Under the pieces are notes generated by a model that was given only the letters and a program-made list of their open reading frames with translations, was not told the DNA's origin and ran no database searches. From NCBI GenBank assembly GCA_001662655.1, contig KV460225.1: a stretch of DNA of 64,000 nucleotides. One strand, given 5' to 3'. This DNA is from Pseudogymnoascus verrucosus. Lineage: Eukaryota. Positions 53,009-64,000 of this stretch are shown piece by piece; position 1 is the stretch's first letter, and every line of letters starts with the position of its first letter. Position numbers and translations under genes: made by a program.

Positions 53009-53104
53009 GTTACGCGGGTGAAGAAAAAAGTGGCACGGTTTACTGCCAGAAATATACCAGAAATGTGCCAAGACCCGTGCCACTTATTGCTTCAACCGCG
53101 TAAC
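53009..53104. repeat. 30-bp imperfect inverted repeat (27/30) with a 36-nt spacer
   Basis: GTTACGCGGGTGAAGAAAAAAGTGGCACGG at 53009-53038 versus the reverse complement of 53075-53104, GTTACGCGGTTGAAGCAATAAGTGGCACGG. Confidence 0.9.
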
Positions 53105-53932
53105 TGTCTCACCCGTAGGTCAGCTGGGGAGCTGGACGGTCCGACGGGAATAACCCGTTATTTTGGGCGTAAAAGCCCACCGTATCCCAGCGGGAATGTC
53201 CGTTTCCCCCAACAAGGTGACTACATTGTGAAGTTCACGTGATTTGGAGATTTGGGGAAGGAACCGCCTACCTACTCTGTGCCCCTGAATCTGTGCCAAG
53301 CGTTCAGCTTGACGGAGTGGGCCCAATTGGGCTTCGATGTCTCACAGTTACGTCGCGGTTCTGAGTGTCACGCTGATGACGAATGAGGACATGATGCCCA
53401 AAAGTATCCTTTTGGTCGAAAGTGATCCTGAGGGCGAGTCAGCCAACACAGTTGTGCAGGTCACTTTCTCCTATAGGAAATCTTTGCTACGATCTCTCAC
53501 ATCGGTGAGATTTCTTATTGGCTTCTTGCCAGCCATATTTATACCAAGTCAGCGATATAATTCCCATTAACCCAATTGCATTCGGGCGGCTTATCGATCT
53601 CGAAAACTAACCCGATTCAAATTTCCGAAGTGAGACAGGCTTGAAGGAATGCCTCCGCCGAGATGGATGAACAGAAGGAATCTCAAGGAAATATCGTGAT
53701 GACCCATCATGAATTACAAACAAAGAGAAAAGGCGCGAGATGAAGATCCTATTACTGTAGAACAAATCCAATAAATAGTATAAAGCTCGACTTGCAACAA
53801 GATCTTCAGCAACCAAACGATATTAAACATTCCCCTCACAGCTCCCCACGTACAACTCCTCAAGGACAGCTTCTCCAGCTCATCGAGCTCCTCAAGCTCA
53901 GACCATATCAGTTATCAATCAAGTGATCAAAC

Positions 53933-54584
53933 ATGTCCTCAATCGTCGCAGTCATCGGTACTTCAAGGGGCATTGGACTCGAGCTCGTCAAGGAACTTTC
54001 GCTATCCGCAAACACCCGAACTCCATCCCCTGAGTCCCATCTGAAGGACGACGACATCAAAATGATCGCTCTCGACATGACAGATGACGCCTCCGTCATA
54101 GCCGCAGCCATGAATGTTCGTGAACTCGATACTCTCATCATTAACGCACCCATTGGAAACGACGATCATCTCCAAAGTCTCTCCTCTCTCGACTTCATCT
54201 CTTACCTGAACACCAATGTGGTCGGACGCGTTATCCGCGCATTCCTCCCCGCCTTACTTGTTCGCAACACACGTCAGATCGTAATTACCTCACCAGAAGC
54301 TGGATCCCACCAACTGCAAATCGGCTCAACATTTGGTCTTGTAGGGCCTTTCGGAGCCTCGAAAGTAGCAGTGAACATGCTCGCTGTGTAGTGATCACAA
54401 TGAGTTGAAAGATGAAAGATTCACTGTTGTTCCGATGGGTAGGGACAGATATCGGGAACGTTATGGGGGATAGTGGCATACCAGTGCAGACGTCGACAGG
54501 CGCTATGTTAGCGCTATTTAAGGATTAAAGCCACAGGACAGTATAACGTTTCTCAACTACGATGGAAATATCATCCCATGGTAG
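53933..54584 (+). pseudogene. Short-chain dehydrogenase (CsgA/C-factor-like) pseudogene
   Basis: GTSRGIGLELV Rossmann motif. Catalytic YxxxK reads FGASK. Premature TAG at 54389-54391. The remaining HNELKDERFTVVP / GWVGTD / FLNYDGNIIPW-stop is broken by frameshifts or stops. Confidence 0.8.
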
Positions 54585-55091
54585 TCTCTTAAGTGGGCTA
54601 AATTTAAAGAGACTTTTTATTTTATACATGCTTTTCAGGATAGCTTCTTTAATGGTCTAAAAGTTATATAGACTGAGTTTTACTAAAGTGCATCCGTAGA
54701 CGTCTTTTCTAGATACCGCTTTGCGTTTTCACAATAAATATCAATTCCTAGAATCGGAAGATAGGTTTTCCTTCTGAAGTGCGATGACGCGATTTTGGGA
54801 TCTGGCAAGTAATTTACTGTCTTGCTTGGAAGCCAGAATGTAGAATTCAACTTTATCAGAAAACAGCATATATTATATTGGTGCTTCAACAACGTCGAGA
54901 TGCTCAAGAAGCGGTTTCTTAGAATCTAAATGAAGTAACAAGCTAGGTAAGTCTAACGATCCTATTTTCGTTTAACAGGCACACAGCGCCCGTCTCTATG
55001 CAGATTCTCTTGGACACCCCTACCTTCATGAGATGTACATTCATTTCAATTTTCATGGCTCTTATCTCCTTGCTGAATAATGTTGCATCGT

Positions 55092-55093
<2 letters not shown>

Positions 55094-55122
<29 letters not shown>
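55094..55122. repeat. (GATT)n microsatellite, imperfect
   Basis: About 7 GATT/GGTT units. Confidence 0.7.
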
Positions 55123-55603
55123 CTAAGCTTTGTCGGAGCAAAATGGACCTCACGTGATGATAGATCCGAGTGTGTGCTCGCGTGCTTGCTGGTTGTCGGA
55201 GAATGTTGGTCATGTTAAGGAGGAGTTGGTTGGCATCGCCCCTGCCAATCCAGGAGAACCCCGAGACTTAATGTGCTCACTATTTTGTGAATGGCAAAGA
55301 ACAATATGGCATGCCTCTTTCTATACCAGATCTATGTCGATCCCTTGGTTGCCGGCAATTGTGGTAGACAAGGTTTGTTTGTAATTGTGCATCTAACAAG
55401 CTCGTCCCCGTTTCTTGACTTTGATTTATTTCTCAGTTTTCAGTTATTTGGTTATTGGAAGACCGACCATAGATTCTTTCACAATTATGTTTCTTCAAAT
55501 GGTTGATTCAGCTTGAACTTCTGAAGCTGTATTATATTTCATCTGCTCCGTTCTCCGGCTTTTCTCTCCCTTTCTACCGCTGTACTACTAAAACACGTCC
55601 AAT

Positions 55604-58600
55604 ATGGCCGACTCAACAACAGTCGACAAGACGGCAGTCACCTTATCAGAGACACCACAAGCACCAATTGAAACCTCGAGAGCTAATAGCGATCATAATG
55701 ATGACACCGGCAAAGAAATCATCAAAAAGCTTCTTCAAAGCCAATATAGACACAACGATGGCAGTGCTAAGAAAGTTGGCCTAATTTTCGCAGGTCTCAC
55801 GATTGCAGCACCCTATTCGGATTCAGTCTTAGTCAAAACTCTTCCACTCGCAATATGGAACACCTTCGGGACAGATCAGGTCCGATTCCTCAAGAATCTC
55901 TTCCGCGTCAATTCAAAGAAGAGCAAAACAATCAATCTACTTTCTGATTTCATTGGTCTGGTCAAACCAGGTGAAATGCTCTTCGTGCTTGGTCGCCCAG
56001 GAAGTGGTTGCTCAACCTTTCTACGAGCTGCTGCAAACCAGTCCTCTTTGGCCGTTTCTGGAAATTTATCCTTCGCGGGCATTTCACACACCGAGTTCAA
56101 GAAGAAGCATAGAAGGGAGACGATCTATCTCCCAGAAGAAGACCGACACATTGCGTCATTGTCCGTCAGCCAAACATTGAGATTTGCCTTGACGATGAGC
56201 TTGCCTTCCAACTTCCGAGACAGTGCCACAGTTGACGAATTGGTCATTACTGTGGGTAAAATGTTTGGTCTCGAACATGCCCTTGAAACGCCAGTCGGGG
56301 GTCCTTACTCTCCAGGAGTTAGCGGTGGGGAGAAGAAAAGAGTATCAATCGCAGAAGTCCTGGCAGCAGGATCTTCACTCCAATGCTTTGACAACTCAAC
56401 GCGCGGACTCGACTCCTCAACTGCTCTTGACTTTGTCAAGGCTCTTCGAACGCTGACGGATGTTGGCCAGAAGACCACACTTGCAACACTTTATCAGGCG
56501 GGCCAGAGTATTTACAATCATTTTGACAAGGTCATACTGCTTAGTGAAGGTCATCAGGTATTCTTTGGTCGTGCAGACGAAGCTGAGGCGTATTTTGAAG
56601 GATTGGGATACGTCAAGATACCTGGCCAAACAACCGCAGAGTTTCTAACTACAGTTACGGATGTGACTCAGCGAAGATTTACCCTAGGCACCACAGCGGA
56701 GCAAATCAAGACCGCCACCGACCTTTCCGCTGCGTTTCGATCTTCTACGATCTATAGTCGCCTTCAGAGGGAAATATCGGACTACGAGAAGGCACAAGCC
56801 ACAGAGTCCTCCTTACTTTCAACATCGTCGTACAACCTTGCTTTCCCAACGCAGATATGGGAGTGCTTGAAAAGAGAGTACCAATTGGTTCGAGCCCAAA
56901 AAATGGTTTATTATATCAAATGGATCACTACAGTTATTCTATCCCTTGTCATTGGAAGCGAATACTTCGATCTGACCAGCGATGCTTCAGGAGCATTCAC
57001 CAGGTCCGGAATTGTATTTTATGCTCTCTTGTTCAATGGTTGGCTCCAGTTCCCTGAATTGTTTGATGCTCATACGAACCGTCCAGTGTTAGAGCGTCAA
57101 GGTATTTATTGAAATGCTTAACTTACTCTCATTTACTTGCTAATATGAAATGCGTAGCTTCCCTCAACATGTATCGACCATCTGCTGTGGCATTTGCTAG
57201 AGTTCTCATCGATCTTCCCCTCATTGCGTTCCAGCACATTATCTTCATCATATCCTTCTACTTCTTCGTTCATCTTCAGGTGGACGTAGGAAAGTTCTTT
57301 TTCTTCTATCTCACCTTGTTTCTCTCTACGGTCAACTTTAGTAACTTGCTGCGGATGTTCGCCTACTTTGTCCCCTCTCTGGATGACTGTAAGTGCTCTA
57401 AAATACTCCAACGAATTGATTTTAGTGCTAATACAGGTCCAGGTTTTCGATATGGCGGTACTGCATGCATTGTATGCATTCTCTTTGCGGGGTTCTTAAT
57501 CCCTCCTGAGTCCATACGTCCATATTTCGGCTGGTTGCACTGGATAAATCCGATGTTCTATGCATATGAAAATGTAAGTTTCTTCTTTTCAAGCATCTTA
57601 TGCAATGCTGATGGATTATAGGTCTTTGTCAACGAATTCGATGGCCTTACACTAACTTGTGATGCAAGTTCGCTGATTCCCAACTTAAACAGCAACAACA
57701 TTGCTTACCAAACTTGTTCAATTCCTGGAGCAACAGCGAGACAAGGCACTGTTCCTGGAATTCAATATGCCAATGCTCTGGGGTTTTTCTTTGATCATCG
57801 CTGGAGAAACATTGGTATCCTCATCGCAATTGCTATTGCTTATGTCTTGATAGGAGCTCTTGGTAGCGAGATCATGACTTTCAGCTCGCAGGGCGGCGCC
57901 CCCATTATCTACTCGAAGAAATCCACAGATAAAAAGAGCTCAAGTTGTACTCAAGATATTGAGAAATCTGCTGCTGTCTCTCTTACTGAAGCTAAGGAGG
58001 ATACCAATTCTCTCGAAAAGAGACATAATGGACCTGCACTGGCCTGGAAGAATCTGACCGTAAACATCGGGGAGGCTAAGATCATCAAGGATGTCTCGGC
58101 TTATGTTCGACCGGGAGACTTTGTGGCTCTCTGTGGTGCCAGTGGTGCAGGAAAAACGACTCTACTCTCAGCATTGAGCCAAACAAATTCTGTCGGAACG
58201 CTAGACGGAGAGGTAACATTCGGCAATACCAGACCTGGGAGAGCTTTCAAGAAAACTATTGGGTTTGCCCAACAAATGGATCTCCATGATGGGACCGCCA
58301 CCATTAGAGAAGCTCTGGTGTTCTCTGCGTTACTGCGCCAGCCAAAGACATACACCAATGACGAAAAGATTGCTTACGCCGACCACGTTATTGACATGTT
58401 AGATCTGAGAAAGTACCAGAACGCTCTTATTGGTGACGAAGGCTCCGGACTCGGCGTGGAGATTATCAAGCGGGTAACTATTGGTGTTGAGCTTGCAGCG
58501 CGGCCAAAGATCTTGTTCGCAGATGAGCCTACATCTGGTCTGGACTCTCAAAGCGCGATTCATATTGTGAGTCTTCTGAGGAATCTCTCCCAACAGGGAC

Positions 58601-60085
58601 AGGCTATTCTGGTTACGATCCATCAGCCTTCCGCATCCTTGTTCTCCCAGTTTGACAGACTTCTTGCGCTGTCATCAGACGGCAGACAATTGTACTTCGG
58701 CGCCAGCCAGGATGTGATTCCATACTTTGAAAAGAACGGCGCTGTGTGCCCACCAGATGCGAATCCCGCCGAGTTTATCCTCGAGACTGTAGGCGCTGGT
58801 ATCAATTCTCGGACTGATGGAGTAGGTAAAGGTTGGGCAGACACATGGGCACAATCTCCTGAGGCCACGCAGATTGCTAGCGAGATTCAACATCTCCAAT
58901 CTGAAGAGCATGCTGTGGAGAACTTTGAGGATGACCCTGATAGCTTCAGTACTTCTACCGCGCGCCAGACACTCTTACTAACCAAGCGCATTCTCACCAA
59001 CCAATGGCGCAATGTCACATACATGTACTCCAAGATTTGGGTTCATGTTGTATGTGGCATCTTGGTCGGCTTTACATTTTTCAATGTCGGGACCAGTCCT
59101 AGCGAACTGCAGAACAGGTGAGGAGAGGCGGGATCATTATTAATGGATGATGTTTGCTAACTGATCAACAGGATTTTCAGCGTCTACTTTGTCGTCTTTC
59201 TCGTCAACAGCATCGTGAATGTCATTCTTATGCGCTTCTTCTTTGCTCGTATGTACTGGGAGTATCGCGAAGGACCTTCTAATACATATGGCTGGGTTGC
59301 TTTATGCTCTGCGAGCATCTTGGCAGAGATGCCTGGAGCCATACTGTGTGGAACGCTGTATTACCTGTTCTGGTATTTTCCTTCTGGGTTGCCATTGGGA
59401 TCCACAGCAGGATACATCTTCTTGTTCGTTCTGACTTACGAAGTATTCCAGGTAAGTTTAGTCTTATTTTCAGTACCTTTCTCACAGGTCTTGTCTGACA
59501 TAAACAGGTCACCGTCGGACTATTCATGATGGCGATGAGTCCCGATCTTGGTGCTGCTGGCAATATTCTCGTATTTATCATCTGCACACTCAACTGGTTC
59601 AACGGAATTATTGTGCCCTACAACCAGATCCAGGTCTTCTGGCGCTACTGGGTGAGTCTTCCTTTCACCAAACATTCCGTCCTACACTAACCCAAATCAA
59701 GCTCTACTATCTCAGCCCTTTTACCTACCTCCTCGGCGGCATGGCGACCTCTGTAATCAGCGGCCAGGCCGTAATTTGTTCCGAGGCCGATCTAAGCATC
59801 TTCTCGCCGCCATCTGGACAATCCTGCGGCTCCTATGCCGGAGACTGGGCACTTTCCGCGTCGGCCCAGCTCTTGAACCCGAACGCGACATCGAACTGCC
59901 AGGTGTGCAAGTGGACCACAGGCGATCAGTATCTCGAGATCTTCAATCTCGGGTCTGGAAAATTGGGCGGCATCTGGGCGTACTGGGGAATCTTCCTTGC
60001 GTTCACCCTCTCTAATGTGGCATTGATCTACTTCTTTTTTTGGGCAACGAAGATTAAACACTGGAAATTGTTTTACTTTTTTTAG
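55604..60085 (+). CDS. Full-size ABCG/PDR multidrug transporter
   Basis: NBD1 GRPGSGCST, VSGGEKKRVSIAE and FDNSTRGLDS; NBD2 GASGAGKTTLL, KRVTIGVEL and DEPTSGLDSQ; two transmembrane domains; about 6 introns. Confidence 0.95.
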
Positions 60086-60370
60086 ATTTGAGGAGAGCCA
60101 TGTTAACTTGTGGCTGATTCTTGGACTATAAAGTGGATATCTTTCAAAAGTCTTGGTTCTACGAAAGCACGGGGAAAGGAAAAATCGAGGGGTTGGGGAA
60201 GCGACGATCGATGCAGGTTGAGTGCCAGAGGAGGTTGGTATGGTTGCTCAGTTGCGGATTGTAGATTGACATCACATTTTGTCCTTTTTTGAAATTGTTT
60301 CTTCGTTAACTTACCTAAACCTAAATATCTCACTTATATGAACTTTTACAACTATTATTTCACAGGATAC

Positions 60371-61261
60371 TGTACGAGCATCCACACAATGGAACGTGGA
60401 CATCCATGCGTTTCGCGAGTGTCAATCGCGACAACACCAACATTACCTACAGAGTAGATAGAATATACCATAACTAAACAATGCTTAACATGCTTCTAAG
60501 TCCTGTGAAGACTTCTCGACATGGCAAGATTACGACTCCGACTCGTGAAAAAGCGATTGGAATGTTACGAGCCAGGCAATCTTGTCGCAAAGTTTCTGTT
60601 GCGCTCGGCTTATCAAAGCCGAGTGTGTATAACATCGCGACAAACCCAAGCTCTTCTAGGCCTAGAAAGCAACGACAGGGCCGGAAAGAGCATTGGATGA
60701 GCGAGATCGTCTACTTCCAATGGGCAACCAAAAAAAAAGGACTCCCGGTAGTTTAATTGGGCAGAACTACAACGACAAAGTGAGCTGCGTGGAAGTGCTG
60801 AAACCAATTGAATGTCGCGTCAACGCGGTTTGTGATGCGCTCGGCGATGTGTTGATGGTGTATCGGTGGCTACGTTGTTCCGTCGTAGGTTGTGTTCTCG
60901 GTATATAAATGGGTACTTATTCCTTTAGATTTCATTTTGAAGCTGGTTGAGAGCCGTTTTAGAAAGAAGCTTGAGATTGTCGAGTTCTTTCTTGAGATCC
61001 GTTTGAGACTTGAGAAAAACTTACACCAGTGTGTGTATACCGGACTTCGCCTCAGAGGATTCAAGCTTGCAAAGACCACAAAAGGCATGGCAACGGAATT
61101 CTAGACATAGGAAATGTATTGTATTATAGTTGTCTATATATGTACTTATTTATATAGCTATGTGAATCGTTGTTGTTGAATCATTCTTAATTGAAACCTA
61201 GTACTTGTCGTGGTCCTCCGTTTTGGTCCGGCAACTGCGCCCTTGTGTGCATGCTCGTACA
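60371..61261 (+). mobile_element. Internally deleted Tc1/mariner-like transposon
   Basis: Terminal inverted repeat TGTACGAGCATCCACACAA (60371-60389) matches 61243-61261 at 18/19; the TA within it on each side may be the target duplication. HTH remnant TREKAIGMLRARQSCRKVSVALGLSKPSVYNI and C-terminal-like RVNAVCDALG. No intact DDE core. Confidence 0.75.
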
Positions 61262-61773
61262 TATGGTATGGAGGCCACAGTTCGCAGCCCGGATGTTTCC
61301 CAGACTTTCTCCACCAACCTCAATGCTTCAATTCCCATCATGCTGCGTGAATGTCTACTTATTCGCGAACATTTCGATATTCGCGAAGCAGGTGTATTCG
61401 CCTTCGATGGCGCAATTTGCGAATTCGGCCGATTCATGGATACGTTCTGTCAAGTCCATTTTTACATGGTGTTATCTAATCCTTACTTACCCCGATACCT
61501 CAGGAACAACAATGGGCCGGAGCCAAATATCACAATCATAGAACAACATCAATAGCACCTTCCCGAACCGGCAGTCATGTATATATACTGCGATCAAGAA
61601 ACCTCAAAGGGCTTCGGCTCACCAATAACCGAACACTAAACACAGACAACCAGGGATCGAACAGGTGAGTGTTGTAGTGAGACATCCGGGCAATCTCTTA
61701 CTACAACTTTTCGCAACTACAACGTCCGCTTGATTGATATCGTGGCAAGCTACAGACTAAGTACATCTCCTTT

Positions 61774-62933
61774 CTACAGCCCCTGAGACTTATTCTCCCT
61801 ATACATATTATCCTCCCAACTTTCAGAATTCTTCCCGTCCTTATGTAGCTTCGCAAGTCTATCCACCACATGCTTGCCCGCAAATACGCCTTCGAAATGC
61901 TTAGGGTTGTCTTCTGTGACACAAACACTAAGTGGTTCAATGAATGCATTTCTATTGGGATGACCAAACCACGCGATTGCGTATCGAGAATGTATCGTTC
62001 CTCCAAGGGTAGCGCGTGTAGCTTCGTTTGTCGGCGGTTCGATCACTTGGTGCTCGGTCGACTTCAGCACGCCATTGAACCAGCGAGAGAGCAGGTCACC
62101 AACTAGCCGTTAAGTCAGTCTCAAAAAAATATCAGAAATTTGTTTTCGGTGCTGCAGAAGGGATAAGCGATAAGGGATCAGTGAGCGTTGCATTACATAC
62201 CATTTATAATGGCGCAGCCCGGGATTGGTGGCACGTCAAAGAACCGTCCGTCTTTTCCACGAACCTGCAACCCTCCATTGCTGTCATTGAATAGCAATGT
62301 CAAAGTGCCATAATCAGTATGTACGCCTGCTCGCACCCGGGTCTCAAACGTATCTATCGTCGTCTCTGGATAATGCAGGACGCGAAAGAAATGGTCCTTG
62401 TCCTGCACATACTGCAAAAAGTAGTTCCGCGGCAGCCCGACCTCCTCCGCTAACGTGCTCAGCAAACCGAGATGGATGTCATGGCTCCTCTCAAAGAACG
62501 CATTCATATCGGTCCTGAACTCGGGCCAGTCTGCCGGCCACTGATTTGGTCGCGTCACATCGCTGTCATCGCCCAGATCAAACGCCTCCTTCTGGTCTGA
62601 GAATTTCGAAGACCCGGAGGTCCGCTCTGGCGAGAACCAGCCGTGGAAGAACTTGCTTTCACCGGTTTCCACCTTCTCCTTTTCAGAGATAGGCTGTGAG
62701 AAAAATCGCGCGGCGTGCGCAAAGATCGTCTGCACGGCAGATTCGTCGATGCCGTGGTTTCTGAGGTAGACGAAACCAACGTCCTTCAAGGCCTGAAACA
62801 GCTTTCGCTTTTCCACAGAGCTCTCTTCTGCTGTAATGGCGCCATCCGAGTTCTTATAGCCTTCGAGTTTGGAGAAGTCGATAATTGGAAGGTTGGCTGC
62901 GGACGAGCTGGTCGTGTTTGGAGAAATAGCCAT
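61774..62933 (-). CDS. 2-oxoglutarate/Fe(II) dioxygenase (IPNS/DIOX_N type)
   Basis: LPIIDFS, VGFVYLRNHGI, DQKEAFD, RVLHYP, HTDYGTLTLL (HxD), LKSTEHQV (distal His) and SRYAIAWF; one intron at ~62104-62200. Confidence 0.92.
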
Positions 62934-63418
62934 GTTAAGTATGTTTTATCTCTACTGCTGGCCTGTTGTTTAGCGGGCGCCATCACTTTTATTCAATATC
63001 CTCTTTATCATCTTCTTGTTGTTAGCGTAGTCTATCACAAGCCTATCCGTCCCCATGTATACTCATGTCCGAACCCATGAGCTCAAGGCTGATAAGATCC
63101 TGCAGGAAGACCAAAGATTCCCGACAACCATCATACAGCGAAGGTGGCTGAAATTAACACGATTTGGCAATCAAGGTGTGCTTGTGTGCTTGTTGCCTAC
63201 CTCGGAACCATTCCGAATTCTCAGGCGTGCGTGCGTGGTTGTTGAGAGTTCAATTGGCACGAGTCACGCTATTATCATATTGCCTACCTTCCTATCCAAG
63301 AAGAAATATAAGATATAGACATGCTTCCTTACGTTTCTCCAGAGTGATTCTCAACAAATTTGCTTAAAATTAGTTCTTTATCCTTATTCAACATATCTGC
63401 TTTGATAGCAAATCAATC

Positions 63419-64000
63419 ATGTTATTTCAATCTCGTCTTCCCAAACTGGCAATACCCAATACCGATGTGTTCCACTACCTCTTTCATCAGGGGCGCAGGA
63501 GCTATTCTCGAGAGCGGATTCTCTATCGAGTAGACGGCTCGGACGAGACTCTTACATTGGCACAGCTGGAAGAAAGAAGCGAGAAGCTTGCTAAGGTCTT
63601 GATTGCTTCGTACTCAATCAAGCCTGGAGACGTAATTACAATTCTCGCGACAGATAGTGTAAGTTGAAATCGGAAACCACACTACAAACCCAAGAAACTT
63701 TTCTAATCGAGCTCTATAGATCAACTTTCCCATCGCATTTTTTGCAATTCTGGCAGCTGGAGCAACTGTGTCTCTGATTCCCATCCAGAAAGACCTTGGG
63801 TATCTGGATGTTGCTGGGAGACTTGTGCAATCTGGTTCCAGGTTGATTTTCACAGACCAGGCGCTCTTGAGCATTGCAGAAACTGCGTTGGCGATCATTG
63901 GCGTGATTCCAGTGATTACTTTGGAGGAGGTCGATTCCAGATTTCCCAGATATCCACATCTCGATGTTCTCCTGAAACAGGAAGTCAGCGCTCCGAGGTT
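63419..64000 (+). CDS. AMP-binding acyl-CoA ligase (4CL/luciferase-like), 5' part only
   Basis: MLFQSRLPKLAIPNTDVFHYLF, LTLAQLEERSEKLA, IKPGDVITILATDS|INFPIAFFAILAAGATVS; runs off the end of the window. Confidence 0.8.

Larger units (their letters stand above)
52614..64000. mobile_element. Putative 5S-inserted large element (Starship-like) end with accessory cargo, extending beyond the window
   Basis: Sharp junction inside a 5S gene, target-mimicking first bases, hairpin-rich terminus, and accessory-type genes downstream. No DUF3435 captain is seen in the window. Confidence 0.45.

Noticed and set aside
53372..53470. CTGATGA...GAAA as a hammerhead ribozyme core
   Set aside because: The stem II closing pair and stem I cannot be formed as required

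Overview
Intron-rich DNA from a filamentous ascomycete (Pezizomycotina). About 1-39.5 kb and 44.4-46.4 kb carry mostly conserved housekeeping genes: casein kinase I, a p24 cargo receptor, SWC4, mitochondrial malonyl transferase, TRAPPC2L-like, GH115, glutathione peroxidase, an AAA ATPase, TRP5, SDH8, PRS, RPS6 and CTF8. A small accessory patch at 20.6-29.4 kb holds an F-box-like hypothetical, a DUF3328/UstYa oxidase, an MFS transporter and a dienelactone hydrolase. From about 39.9 kb the window looks like an insertion hotspot organised around three dispersed 5S rRNA copies. The first intact 5S sits inside a broken phosphotransferase gene. The second intact 5S is followed by a hairpin-rich block and a dynamin/SLIP-GC-like GTPase. 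The third 5S is cut after nt 61 and joined to foreign sequence that mimics the missing 5S bases. Both of the last two loci carry the same ~80-bp motif followed by strongly self-complementary sequence. Downstream lie accessory genes: an SDR pseudogene, a PDR ABC transporter, a Tc1/mariner relic, a 2OG-Fe(II) oxygenase and an acyl-CoA ligase. The best hypothesis is the captain-distal end of a 5S-targeting Starship-like element with a conserved structured terminal module; no recombinase gene is visible in the window. All calls come from reading the sequence by eye, with no database searches or folding computations.
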